Below, one piece after another: positions 20,194-28,660 of a DNA stretch of 64,000 bases. Every line of letters begins with the position of its first letter. Positions within the stretch are counted from its first letter, which is position 1. Source of the DNA: Myxococcota bacterium. Lineage in GTDB: Bacteria > Myxococcota_A > UBA9160 > SZUA-336. Under the pieces are notes generated by a model. It searched no databases, was not told the DNA's origin, and saw only the letters and a program-made list of their open reading frames with translations. A program made the translations under genes and the position numbers. Location of the stretch: assembly GCA_965247115.1 (NCBI GenBank), contig CBDFGR010000002.1, forward strand, positions 1,216,001-1,280,000. The letters run 5' to 3'.

Positions 20194-21003
20194 TTACTCG
20201 CGCAGCATCACGGACGCGCCGAGCGAGACCGCGAAGGCGACGCCCAGCGCCGCGACGACGGAGGCGCCCGTCGGCAGGTCCCAGAGCGCGCTCGCGACGA
20301 TCCCGGCGGCGCTGCCGAGCGTGCCTATCAGCCAGCCTCCCAGCAGCCGTCCGCGCAGTGAGGCCAGGAAGAGGGCTGCGCAGGCGGCGGGCACAATCAG
20401 CAGGCTAAACACGACCAGCACCCCCGCCATCTGGACGGAGCTTGTGACCACCACGCCGAAGCTCGCATAGAAGACGAAGTCGAGCAGCTTCTCCCGGCGC
20501 GCCGGCGGTGAAGCAATGGCGCTTCGCCGTGAGATCTCGAAGAACGCACTTCGCAGCAGCACGTGTAGTGCGAGGACGACCGCACAGAGCAGGGCGGCGA
20601 TGCCGACCTCCGTCCACTCGACGAAGAGCAAGCGACCTGTAAGCATGCTCTCGACCTCGTCCCGATCGAGCGCGCTCTTCGAGAGCACGAGGATCACGAG
20701 GGCAGCGCTCACGCCGTAGACGATCCCGATCAGGGCTTCCTGCGGCAAGCGCCTGCGCTCGGTTCGTACCCCCGCGAAGATGGCAGCGCCCGCCAGCGTG
20801 AACGCGAACGACCAGAGGTAGATCGTCGCCGCACTCGCCTCGGACGCCACCATGTGAGCCACGGCCACCCCGAGCGCGGCGAGTTGAGCGAGGGCGAGAT
20901 CCACGAAGATCACCTCCCGCAGGAGCACGTGCAGACCGAAATAGCCAAGCACACCAGCGAGCAGCAGGCAGGTCACGAACGCGGGAGCAAGCAGCTCGAT
21001 CAC
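20194..21003 (-). CDS. Metal (Zn/Mn-type) ABC transporter permease
   Basis: YFGLHVLLREVIFVDLALAQ, EALIGIVY, GVLVVFSLLIVPA. Confidence 0.88.
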   Translation of the reverse strand: MIELLAPAFVTCLLLAGVLGYFGLHVLLREVIFVDLALAQLAALGVAVAHMVASEASAATIYLWSFAFTLAGAAIFAGVRTERRRLPQEALIGIVYGVSAALVILVLSKSALDRDEVESMLTGRLLFVEWTEVGIAALLCAVVLALHVLLRSAFFEISRRSAIASPPARREKLLDFVFYASFGVVVTSSVQMAGVLVVFSLLIVPAACAALFLASLRGRLLGGWLIGTLGSAAGIVASALWDLPTGASVVAALGVAFAVSLGASVMLRE

Positions 21004-21028
21004 TAGATCTCCTGTCTCGCGGGCGTGC

Positions 21029-21964
21029 TCACGGCGCGGCCGCCGGTAGCGCGAGGGCATCGAGGAGTGTGTCCACGTTGTACTCGAAGAGCCGCGCGTA
21101 CGAATCTACCTCCGGCAGCGCGTAGACCTCCTGGGCGAGCACAACGGCCCGGGCACCTGCCCGTTTCGCGACGCGCTCAGCGATCTTCTGGCTGCTGAAC
21201 GTCTCGACGATCACGACGCGTACGCCCGCCTGGCTCATCTGCTCCGCGACCCGTGCGATGTGCTGCGGCCCCGGGGCGATGCCGGGCTTGGGCTCGACCT
21301 CAGCCATCTTTTCGAGCGAGAACCGGCGCAGAAAGTAGGGCCAGGTGCGGTGGTAGGTGACGACTCTGGTCTTCCGGTATGGCTCCATGCGCTCGAGGAG
21401 TCGAGCGGTGAGCGCCAGCAGTTGCTGTTCAAGTACTTCAAAGTTCTGCTCGTAAGGCTCTCGATGCTCCGGGTCGGTGCGCAGCAGCGCATTGGCAATC
21501 GTCCGTGCGACGATGATCCCATTCAGCGGATCGAGCAGATAGTGAGTGTTCCCGTAGACATGGATGTCGCCGAAGGCGCGCGAGAGCCCGCCCCGCGACG
21601 GGACCTCCTGGAGCACGATGCCGCGGGAAGCGTCGATGTTCCCGGAGGCTCCCGGCAACAGCCGCTCGCGGCGCGCGCTGCGCACGAGCGACGGGACCCA
21701 GGGCTCCGCGTCGAGCCCAAGGTGCACGAACAGATCGGCCTTGCGCAGCTTCATGACGAGGCTCGGCTTGGGCACCACGTTGTGCGGGTTTTCCCGACCG
21801 CGCATGAGAGCCTCGACTTCGACCGTGGAGCCGCCGACTTGACGGGTCAGGTCCGCTAGCGCCGGGCTGGTGGTTACCACGCGCACCTCGGCCCGCACGA
21901 GGCACGGCGCCAGCGCCGCGAGCAACGCGATCCCGAGCGTCATTCGCTGCACTGGCAAACTCAT
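21029..21964 (-). CDS. Metal ABC substrate-binding protein (TroA/ZnuA family)
   Basis: ENPH, GDIHVYGNTHYLLDP, VTYH, EPKPGIAP. Confidence 0.9.
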   Translation of the reverse strand: MSLPVQRMTLGIALLAALAPCLVRAEVRVVTTSPALADLTRQVGGSTVEVEALMRGRENPHNVVPKPSLVMKLRKADLFVHLGLDAEPWVPSLVRSARRERLLPGASGNIDASRGIVLQEVPSRGGLSRAFGDIHVYGNTHYLLDPLNGIIVARTIANALLRTDPEHREPYEQNFEVLEQQLLALTARLLERMEPYRKTRVVTYHRTWPYFLRRFSLEKMAEVEPKPGIAPGPQHIARVAEQMSQAGVRVVIVETFSSQKIAERVAKRAGARAVVLAQEVYALPEVDSYARLFEYNVDTLLDALALPAAAP

Positions 21965-23325
21965 CGGTTCACCCAGTACGGGTGCGGCGGGTGCGCACCG
22001 ATGTAGAAGGTGAGCCCGAGCAGGAGCGAATCCTCGTGGTCGCTTTGGCCCAGGAGGTCGCGCTCCAGATGCTGATACTCCAGGCGCAGGCGCAGCGCCT
22101 CATTCAAGTACCAGCTGACGTACGACGAGATTCCCCAGTCGGAGTCGCTCCGGCGTCGTGCCCCTAGGTCGGGAAACTCCGTGTAGTCGTAGCGGATGCC
22201 CGCGTACCAGTTCCGATCGAACTGGTACTGCCCGAATACGTAGAGCCCCCAGTTGTCATCGCGGATGATGCCCTGGACCGCATCGTCGAAGTCGCTGTTT
22301 GACCAGAACAGCTCGCCCTGGAGCAGTAGGCTGCGGAAGTCGGGGCGCACCGGGTCGCGCCACTGATAGCTGGCGTCCGCTCCAAGCATGTAGCCGGCCG
22401 CGTCTCGATCGCCCGACGTCCTGCTGTGCAGAAAGCTGGCACCCAGTTCGAGGGAGCCGGTGTCCCCCACGTCCTGGAACAGCTTCAGGTGACTCAGCAC
22501 GGCGGGGTTCACCGCTCCCGGGCCGCCCAGGATCGGAGACTCCGACCCGCCGTCGGCGTTGACGACCTGTGTCGTCAGCTCCAGGTAGCGGTCCCAGGGG
22601 TTGGGAACGATCCAGTCCACGGACGCCCCGATCGTCGTCAGGCCCTCGGGGCCGAGGAATGCCTGCACGGCCAGGGGACGCGTCACCTGCGGCAGGTCGT
22701 GGGTGTGAAGCAGGTTGTTGCGACCGAACGCGGACCGGAACTTCCCGGCCTTGAGGGCGAGATCCCCGGGCAGCGTGTGGATGTTCAGGTATGCCTCCTC
22801 GATCTCGAACTCGATGCCGATGTCCACGCCGCCGAAGGGGTCCTCGATCTCCACGTCGCCGAAGGGGTTCTCGATCTCCTCGCCCATCGCGATCACCAGC
22901 ACGCCGTCCGCTCGGGGCGAGACCGCGCTGCGCAGGTCCAGCTCCGTCTCGCGCAGGTTGAAGCGGTTGCGGGCCTCGTTGTCTCCGTCGCTCGACAGGC
23001 TCCCGCCCATATCGAAGAAGGCGGTGATTTGCGGGTTCAGCAGGTTGCCCTGCCCGGTGCCGGGGGCGCCGCCGGACAGCACGGTTCGCTCTCGCGCGGG
23101 CGCGCTCCCGGCAGACGCCGAAGCCAGCTGCGCGACCCGGTCTTCGAGTTCGCGGATCCGGCGCTGCTCGGTCTCGTGAACGCTCTCCATCTCCTGCACC
23201 CGCCGGGTGAGAAGTTCTAGGGTTTCTCTGAGGGCATCGACGGTCGCCGGCTCGGTCTGCGCGCGCGCGGTTTGCGCGGAGCAGAACGCAGCCAGGACCG
23301 TGCCCAGGAAGACGGCACGTCTCAT
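21961..23325 (-). CDS. Outer-membrane beta-barrel (metal-uptake associated porin-like)
   Basis: Signal peptide, coiled coil, LLNPQI, EEAY, FGRNNLLHTH, C-terminal IGAHPPHPY. Confidence 0.75.
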   Translation of the reverse strand: MRRAVFLGTVLAAFCSAQTARAQTEPATVDALRETLELLTRRVQEMESVHETEQRRIRELEDRVAQLASASAGSAPARERTVLSGGAPGTGQGNLLNPQITAFFDMGGSLSSDGDNEARNRFNLRETELDLRSAVSPRADGVLVIAMGEEIENPFGDVEIEDPFGGVDIGIEFEIEEAYLNIHTLPGDLALKAGKFRSAFGRNNLLHTHDLPQVTRPLAVQAFLGPEGLTTIGASVDWIVPNPWDRYLELTTQVVNADGGSESPILGGPGAVNPAVLSHLKLFQDVGDTGSLELGASFLHSRTSGDRDAAGYMLGADASYQWRDPVRPDFRSLLLQGELFWSNSDFDDAVQGIIRDDNWGLYVFGQYQFDRNWYAGIRYDYTEFPDLGARRRSDSDWGISSYVSWYLNEALRLRLEYQHLERDLLGQSDHEDSLLLGLTFYIGAHPPHPYWVNR

Positions 23326-23396
23326 CGCACGAAACTCCCGCCTCGTCCCCGCTGGGGCGAGGTGTTCAAAGGTTCTCTTCAGACCTCAGGATGAGT

Positions 23397-23750
23397 TCAG
23401 CTGAAGAGATCGTGCGGAGGAGCGCGAGCCTCTTCGGGGCTCGCTTCCGGGATGCGCGGCGCAGCGGTCCGAACTGGACGCAGCGCCTGCGCCGTCTCGA
23501 AATGGAGCAGAGGGGCGACCTGGGTCGGCCCTGGTGTGAAGGCGTTGCTCCCTGACAGGCAGAAGGGACAGGCGTTCTGGTCGTGGACCGGGGTCGGGGT
23601 CGAAGAGGACGAAGGGGCGCCTTCGTCGGCGACCCGGTATGTGGCGCCCAGCAGCGCGTGTCCAGCGACGTTGCTCGCGAAGCCGACGTACGCCGCCGCA
23701 AGCAGCACGAGCAGGCGGCACGCGGAGGATCGTCGCGGGCGCGGAGTCAT
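23397..23750 (-). CDS. DUF2946/CruR-like leader protein (CxxC plus C-terminal RAPP)
   Basis: Hydrophobic N-terminus, HDQNACPFC, ends EARAPPHDLFS; first gene of the metal-uptake operon. Confidence 0.7.
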   Translation of the reverse strand: MTPRPRRSSACRLLVLLAAAYVGFASNVAGHALLGATYRVADEGAPSSSSTPTPVHDQNACPFCLSGSNAFTPGPTQVAPLLHFETAQALRPVRTAAPRIPEASPEEARAPPHDLFS

Positions 23751-23840
23751 CCTGGAGGCGAAGCCTAGGACGCATCTCCGCAATCTACAACCGCGCGAGA
23801 CCTGGGCGCTTGTCGCTCGCTCGCCCCCGCACCAGGGAAC

Positions 23841-24054
23841 GAGGCGAACCTGCCGCCGACCCTGCGACTCTACGACCTCCGCCACACCTGCTGCACGCTG
23901 CTTCTCGCGTATGGAGTAAACGTGAAGGTGGTGAGCGAACGACTCGGCCACGCTTCTGCCGCGATGACGCTCGATGTGTACGGCCACGTTCTGCCGGGGG
24001 ATGCAGGAGGAGGCGACGAAACGATTAGAGGCGACGCTATTTCAGGGCGGCTAG
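23841..24054 (+). pseudogene. C-terminal remnant of a tyrosine integrase (paralog of 19104-19637)
   Basis: LRLYDLRHTCCTLLLAYGVNVKVVSERLGHASAAMTLDVYGHVLPG, +1 frameshift in a G run, then MQEEATKRLEATLF. Confidence 0.85.
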
Positions 24055-24873
24055 CTGGTCCTTCACGTAATTGATCGACACGCAGCCGCCCACACCAAGA
24101 GAATTTGCTGCAAGGGCGCGTCCAGTGAGTTCCGCGAACTCCGCGAAATCGATTCCGATCATCCGAACGGACGCGGACTCTTTGGTTTCTCTCGCTAACC
24201 TCGCCAGCTCTGCCGCATCGTTCGCATGCGGATTCAGGTTGAAGGTGATGATCCCAACGACTCGATCGGCGGCCGGTCGATCTCCGAGCAGGACGAGCGG
24301 ACCACCTGAGTTCCCCCTGTTTATGCTCAGATCCAGCCAGGCTACGTCGCGGAACCCCTCTCCCAGGTAGCCTGGCGCCCTCGACTTGGATGAGAGCATC
24401 CCCTTAGCGACAACCGGCTGTTCGAGTCCCATTGGGAATCCGGCCGTGAAGATCGACGCCCCCTCTGGCGCATCGGAAAATGACCCGACTTGCAGGGCCA
24501 CAAGAGCGGCGGCGTTTACTCGCAGGATCGCGAAGTCCTTAGAGATGGATTCGAGCGTCCGGGCTCTGTCCCCCCGATCAACGGCGACCGCAGGGAGCGT
24601 CCTTCCGTCCTTGAACTCGACCGAGATGTCGGTTGCGAACTGGATCGAGACCTTGCCCTCGCCAGCGGCGACAGCTTGCTAGACGACATGAAAGTTGGTC
24701 ACGATCAGACCGTCTTCGGACACGACGAAGCCGGTGCCGTTGGGTTTGTCGCTCACAAGGACTCTGACCACGGAAGCAGTGATCGATGCGTGGCGCTCGA
24801 TCATCGGATCTGGCTCGCCCGCGAAGACGCTAAGAGTTGAAAACGCAGCAATGAACGCAGCCAGGCAGGGCAA
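24037..24873 (-). pseudogene. Trypsin-like serine protease with a single in-frame TAG (24679-24681)
   Basis: GTGF..TNFHVV-stop, then the same frame continues to KDFAILRV and NRGNSGGP. Confidence 0.75.
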
Positions 24874-24954
24874 CTCGCGGAGCCGTTCGCACCCTACTCG
24901 CACCCAAGACGGTCGGTTGCTGCAGTGGAGAATCTCGTAACCCACCGAAATCGT

Positions 24955-25031
24955 TGGTCGGGGCGGCCGGACTTGAACCGGCGACCTCCTGCTCCCAAAG
25001 CAGGTGCGCTACCAAACTGCGCTACGCCCCG
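24955..25031 (-). tRNA. tRNA-Pro(TGG)
   Basis: 77 nt CGGGGCGTAGCGCAG..CCTGCTT-TGG-GAGCAGG..GGTTCAAGTCC..CGCCCCGACCA cloverleaf with encoded CCA. Confidence 0.97.
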
Positions 25032-25063
25032 ACGGCTGCGAGGCTAACAAATCGGGACGAGTT

Positions 25064-25669
25064 TCACGCGTCGTCGTCGAGGTGGACGCGCAGGAGCGGG
25101 AGGAACGAGCGCATGGCCTGGCCCCGGTGGCTGATGTGCCCCTTCTCGTGGGGCTCGAGCTCGGCCATCGTGCAGTTGGGCGCGCGCTCCGGGACGAAGA
25201 TCGGATCGTAGCCGAAGCCGTCTCTACCGCGCGGCTGCTCGGCGATCGCACCCTCACAGGTGCCATGGCCGATGGCGACGATCTCACCGTCGGGGCGGGC
25301 CAGGGCCATCACGCAGACAAAGCGGGCGCTTCGTTGCGACTCACCCTCGAGCTCTCGCAGGAGCTTCGCGTTGTTTGCCGCGACATCCCCGTGCACTCCC
25401 GCATAGCGGGCCGAGTACACACCGGGCTCACCGCCGAGCTTATCGACCACCAGGCCGCTGTCCTCCGCGATCGACCAGATCCCCGTCGAGGTGGCGGCCT
25501 GCGTCGCCTTGAGCCTCGCGTTCGCCTCGAAGCTGCAACCCGCCTCCTCCACGTCTGGCGCTTCTGGGTGGCTGGCGAGACTCTCGATCGGAACGTCCAG
25601 GCCAGCCAGGAACTCCCGAAGCTCGCGCGCCTTCCCTTCGTTTCGGGTGGCCAGGAGCAGACGCCTCAT
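25064..25669 (-). CDS. rdgB: Non-canonical purine NTP pyrophosphatase
   Basis: ATRNEGK, EDSGL, PGVYSARY, GFGYDPIF, SHRG. Confidence 0.95.
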   Translation of the reverse strand: MRRLLLATRNEGKARELREFLAGLDVPIESLASHPEAPDVEEAGCSFEANARLKATQAATSTGIWSIAEDSGLVVDKLGGEPGVYSARYAGVHGDVAANNAKLLRELEGESQRSARFVCVMALARPDGEIVAIGHGTCEGAIAEQPRGRDGFGYDPIFVPERAPNCTMAELEPHEKGHISHRGQAMRSFLPLLRVHLDDDA

Positions 25670-26385
25670 CCGGAGAGCACCTTTTGCTGAAGACGGGTCA
25701 GTTCGGCGATCCCCTTGGCCCCGAGCTCGAGCATGGCGTCCAGCTGAGCCTGGTCGAAGGTGGCACTCTCCCCGGTTCCCTGAATCTCCACGAACTGGTT
25801 GCCACCGGTTCGCACCAGGTTCAGATCCACGTCGGCGCGGGCGTCCTCCTCGTATGGGAGGTCCAGGAGTACGGCTCCGTTGACGATGCCGACCGAGATG
25901 GCCGCCACCGAGTCCCGCAGCGGGTCGCGGGTGATCAGGTCGTTCTCGCGCAGCCGCCGGCAGGCCGCTGCCAGCGCGACGTACGCGCCGGTAATTGCGG
26001 CGGTGCGGGTCCCCCCGTCCGCCTGCAATACGTCGCAGTCGACGAGGAGCGCCCGCTCGCCAAGGGCCTCCAAGTCCGTCACCGCTCGCAGCGAACGGCC
26101 GATCAGGCGCTGGATCTCCATCGTCCTCCCGGAGAGGCGTCCGCGCACGGCTTCGCGATCACTGCGGGTGTCGGTCGAGCCCGGCAGGAGCGAGTACTCC
26201 GCGGTTACCCAGCCACTACCGCGTCCGCGCAGCCAGCCCGGCACCTGCTCGGCCAGGTGAACCGTGCAGAGGACCATCGTGCGCCCCATGCGGATGAGGC
26301 AGGACCCGGTGGGATTCTCCACGAAGCCCAGATCCATCTCGATGGGCCTGAGCTCGTCGGGTGCTCGACCGTCGAGTCGCTTCAC
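25666..26385 (-). CDS. rph: Ribonuclease PH
   Basis: GWVTAEY, GRTMEIQRLIGRSLR, DCDVLQADGGTRTA. Confidence 0.97.
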   Translation of the reverse strand: MKRLDGRAPDELRPIEMDLGFVENPTGSCLIRMGRTMVLCTVHLAEQVPGWLRGRGSGWVTAEYSLLPGSTDTRSDREAVRGRLSGRTMEIQRLIGRSLRAVTDLEALGERALLVDCDVLQADGGTRTAAITGAYVALAAACRRLRENDLITRDPLRDSVAAISVGIVNGAVLLDLPYEEDARADVDLNLVRTGGNQFVEIQGTGESATFDQAQLDAMLELGAKGIAELTRLQQKVLSG

Positions 26386-27245
26386 GGCTGTGCTCCTCGC
26401 CCAACCCCGTAGTACGTTGCCACAGCACCCGCAATGGAGTCGGCCAGTGCGTGCTGAGTGTCGCGCTGGCCAAGCCTCCGCTCCTCGGCCGGATGCGTCA
26501 AGAACCCGAGCTCGATCAGGGCGGCTGGCATATTCACTCCGACGAGCACCACGAACGGGGCCTGCTTCACGCCTCGGCTCACCCCGGAGGGCGCCAGGCG
26601 GCGCTGAACCGCGGCTGCGATCTCGCCGGACACCCGGAGGTGCTCGGTACGGATCAGGTCCCCCAGGATCGACCCGACCAGGTAGCTGTCGTCTGGCGAG
26701 GTCCCCACCTGTCGAAAGACCTGGTTCTCGATCATCGCCACTCGCATGGCCTCCGTGTCACTCGCCTCGATCGAGAGAAAGTAGGTCTCTGGACCCTCGA
26801 CTTTCGCGCTCGCTGCTGAGTTGGCGTGGATGGACAGGAACAGCTCACCGCTGGCTCGGTTGGCGATCTCTGTCCGTTCCGGCAGCGAGACGAACTCGTC
26901 GCGATGGCGCGTGAAGACGACGCGGAAGCCCAACCGGGCGAGCTGCTTGCCAATACGTCTCGCGACCTGCAGCACCACGTCCTTCTCCAATACGCCCGCC
27001 TCACCGCGCGCACCGAAGTCCGCGCCGCCGTGGCCGGGGTCGATCACTACGACGGGTCGTCGCTTGGTGTTCGCGAGCCCGACCGAGACGCCGGCAACCG
27101 TGGCCGCGAGCGACAATAACGCAGCGAGCACAACCCACTGGACTCGGCCGGGCACCCGAACGCCGTGCCGCCACGGCACGTTAGCGCCTTTGCCGACGGC
27201 CACGTCCGCTCGTCGTGTCGTCCACTTCCCCCCCTCCTCGGTCAC
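26382..27245 (-). CDS. N-acetylmuramoyl-L-alanine amidase (Amidase_3); start uncertain
   Basis: IDPGHGG, EKD, SIHANS, IELGF. Confidence 0.9.
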   Translation of the reverse strand: MTEEGGKWTTRRADVAVGKGANVPWRHGVRVPGRVQWVVLAALLSLAATVAGVSVGLANTKRRPVVVIDPGHGGADFGARGEAGVLEKDVVLQVARRIGKQLARLGFRVVFTRHRDEFVSLPERTEIANRASGELFLSIHANSAASAKVEGPETYFLSIEASDTEAMRVAMIENQVFRQVGTSPDDSYLVGSILGDLIRTEHLRVSGEIAAAVQRRLAPSGVSRGVKQAPFVVLVGVNMPAALIELGFLTHPAEERRLGQRDTQHALADSIAGAVATYYGVGRGAQP

Positions 27246-27316
27246 CGTAGCAGCCTCCCCCGCGATCCTCTAGCTTGAGATATTCGGCCTTGGTTTCCTT
27301 CTCTGGCGAGACGTTC

Positions 27317-28660
27317 ATGGTCGCAAGAAGCGTCGAAAGGAAGGTGCGGATCTTACGCGCCGTGATCCGCGATCAGCCCGGACACCTGGGTACCATCGCC
27401 AAGCTGATCGGTGACGTCGGCGCCAGCATCGGCGACATCGTCAAGGTCCGAGCTGCGGGCGAGTACAACGTGCGCGAGATCGAGATCACCTACGACGACG
27501 AGCGACAGCTCGAGGCTCTGCAGCGAGAAATTGGGCGCACGGACGGGATCTCGCTCGAGCAGATCTTCGACCCGGTCCTCGAAGCCCACCGCGGAGGCAA
27601 GATCCGCATGCGCAGCACCGTCACGGTCGAGCGCATCGGCGATCTGCGCAAGATCTACACACCGGGCGTTGCCACGACCTGTCTCGAGATTCAAGCAAGC
27701 CCGGACACGGTCTACGACTACACCTCGCTCGGGCACACTGTCGGGATCGTGACGAACGGGACCGCGATCCTGGGCCTGGGGAACATCGGCGTGCACGCGG
27801 GGCTCCCGGTGATGGAAGGCAAGGCGGTCCTGCTGGACAAGCTGGTAGGCCTCTCGGGCGTCCCGATCTTGATCCCGACCCGCGACACCCGGACCTTCAT
27901 CGATACCGTGATCCAGATCTCGCCGTCCTTCGGCGCGATCAACCTGGAGGACATCGCGGCGCCGGAATGCTTCGAGATCGAGCAGCGTTTGAGCGCGGAG
28001 CTGCCTATTCCCGTGATGCACGACGACCAGCACGGCACCGGGGTGGTGGTACTGGCGGCGCTGCAGAACGCCATGCGCGCCATCGACGCGCGGCTCGACC
28101 TGATGCTGGTCGGGATTGTAGGATTGGGGGCGGCAGGGATCGGGATCGCGAAGCTGCTCCGCGCATATGGCGTCAAAGGCCTGATGGGATCGGACATCAA
28201 CCCCGAGGCCGTGCGCCGCTTCGAGGCTCTCGGCGGCGAGGGGGCCGGGCTCGACCGCGTTCTGCAGGAGAGCCAGGTCGTGATCGCAACCAGCGGCAAG
28301 CCCAACCTGATCGCGCCCGAACAGGTTCGACCCGACCAGATCATCCTGGCTCTCTCGAACCCGAATCCCGAGATCCGGCCCGAGCGGGCCCGGGAGGCCG
28401 GGGCGCGCTTTGCTGCCGACGGGCGCAGCGTGAACAACGCGCTCGGCTTCCCCGGCATCTTTCGGGGGGCTCTGCAGGCTCGGGCCCGCCGCATCAACGA
28501 CGCCATGAAGATCGCCGCCGCAGAGGCGATCGCCGAGTTCGCGGAGCCCGGGGAGCTCGTTCCGGACCTGCTCGACACCGACGTGCACCACGCGGTCGCA
28601 GAAGCCGTCGAGAACGCGGCTCGCGAGTCTGGCGCCACGTCCGTGAGCGAGGCGACGTGA
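27317..28660 (+). CDS. Malic enzyme with N-terminal ACT domain
   Basis: YTPGVA, MEGKA, NLEDI, HDDQHGT, GLGAAG, LSNPNPE, NNALGFPG. Confidence 0.92.
   Translation: MVARSVERKVRILRAVIRDQPGHLGTIAKLIGDVGASIGDIVKVRAAGEYNVREIEITYDDERQLEALQREIGRTDGISLEQIFDPVLEAHRGGKIRMRSTVTVERIGDLRKIYTPGVATTCLEIQASPDTVYDYTSLGHTVGIVTNGTAILGLGNIGVHAGLPVMEGKAVLLDKLVGLSGVPILIPTRDTRTFIDTVIQISPSFGAINLEDIAAPECFEIEQRLSAELPIPVMHDDQHGTGVVVLAALQNAMRAIDARLDLMLVGIVGLGAAGIGIAKLLRAYGVKGLMGSDINPEAVRRFEALGGEGAGLDRVLQESQVVIATSGKPNLIAPEQVRPDQIILALSNPNPEIRPERAREAGARFAADGRSVNNALGFPGIFRGALQARARRINDAMKIAAAEAIAEFAEPGELVPDLLDTDVHHAVAEAVENAARESGATSVSEAT

Noticed and set aside
24679..24681. Pyrrolysine or amber recoding
   Set aside because: No pyl genes in the window, and many intact genes here end in TAG.
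27967..28659. N-terminal extension of the VWA ORF
   Set aside because: Off-frame overlap with malic enzyme; the real start with a signal peptide is at 28660.
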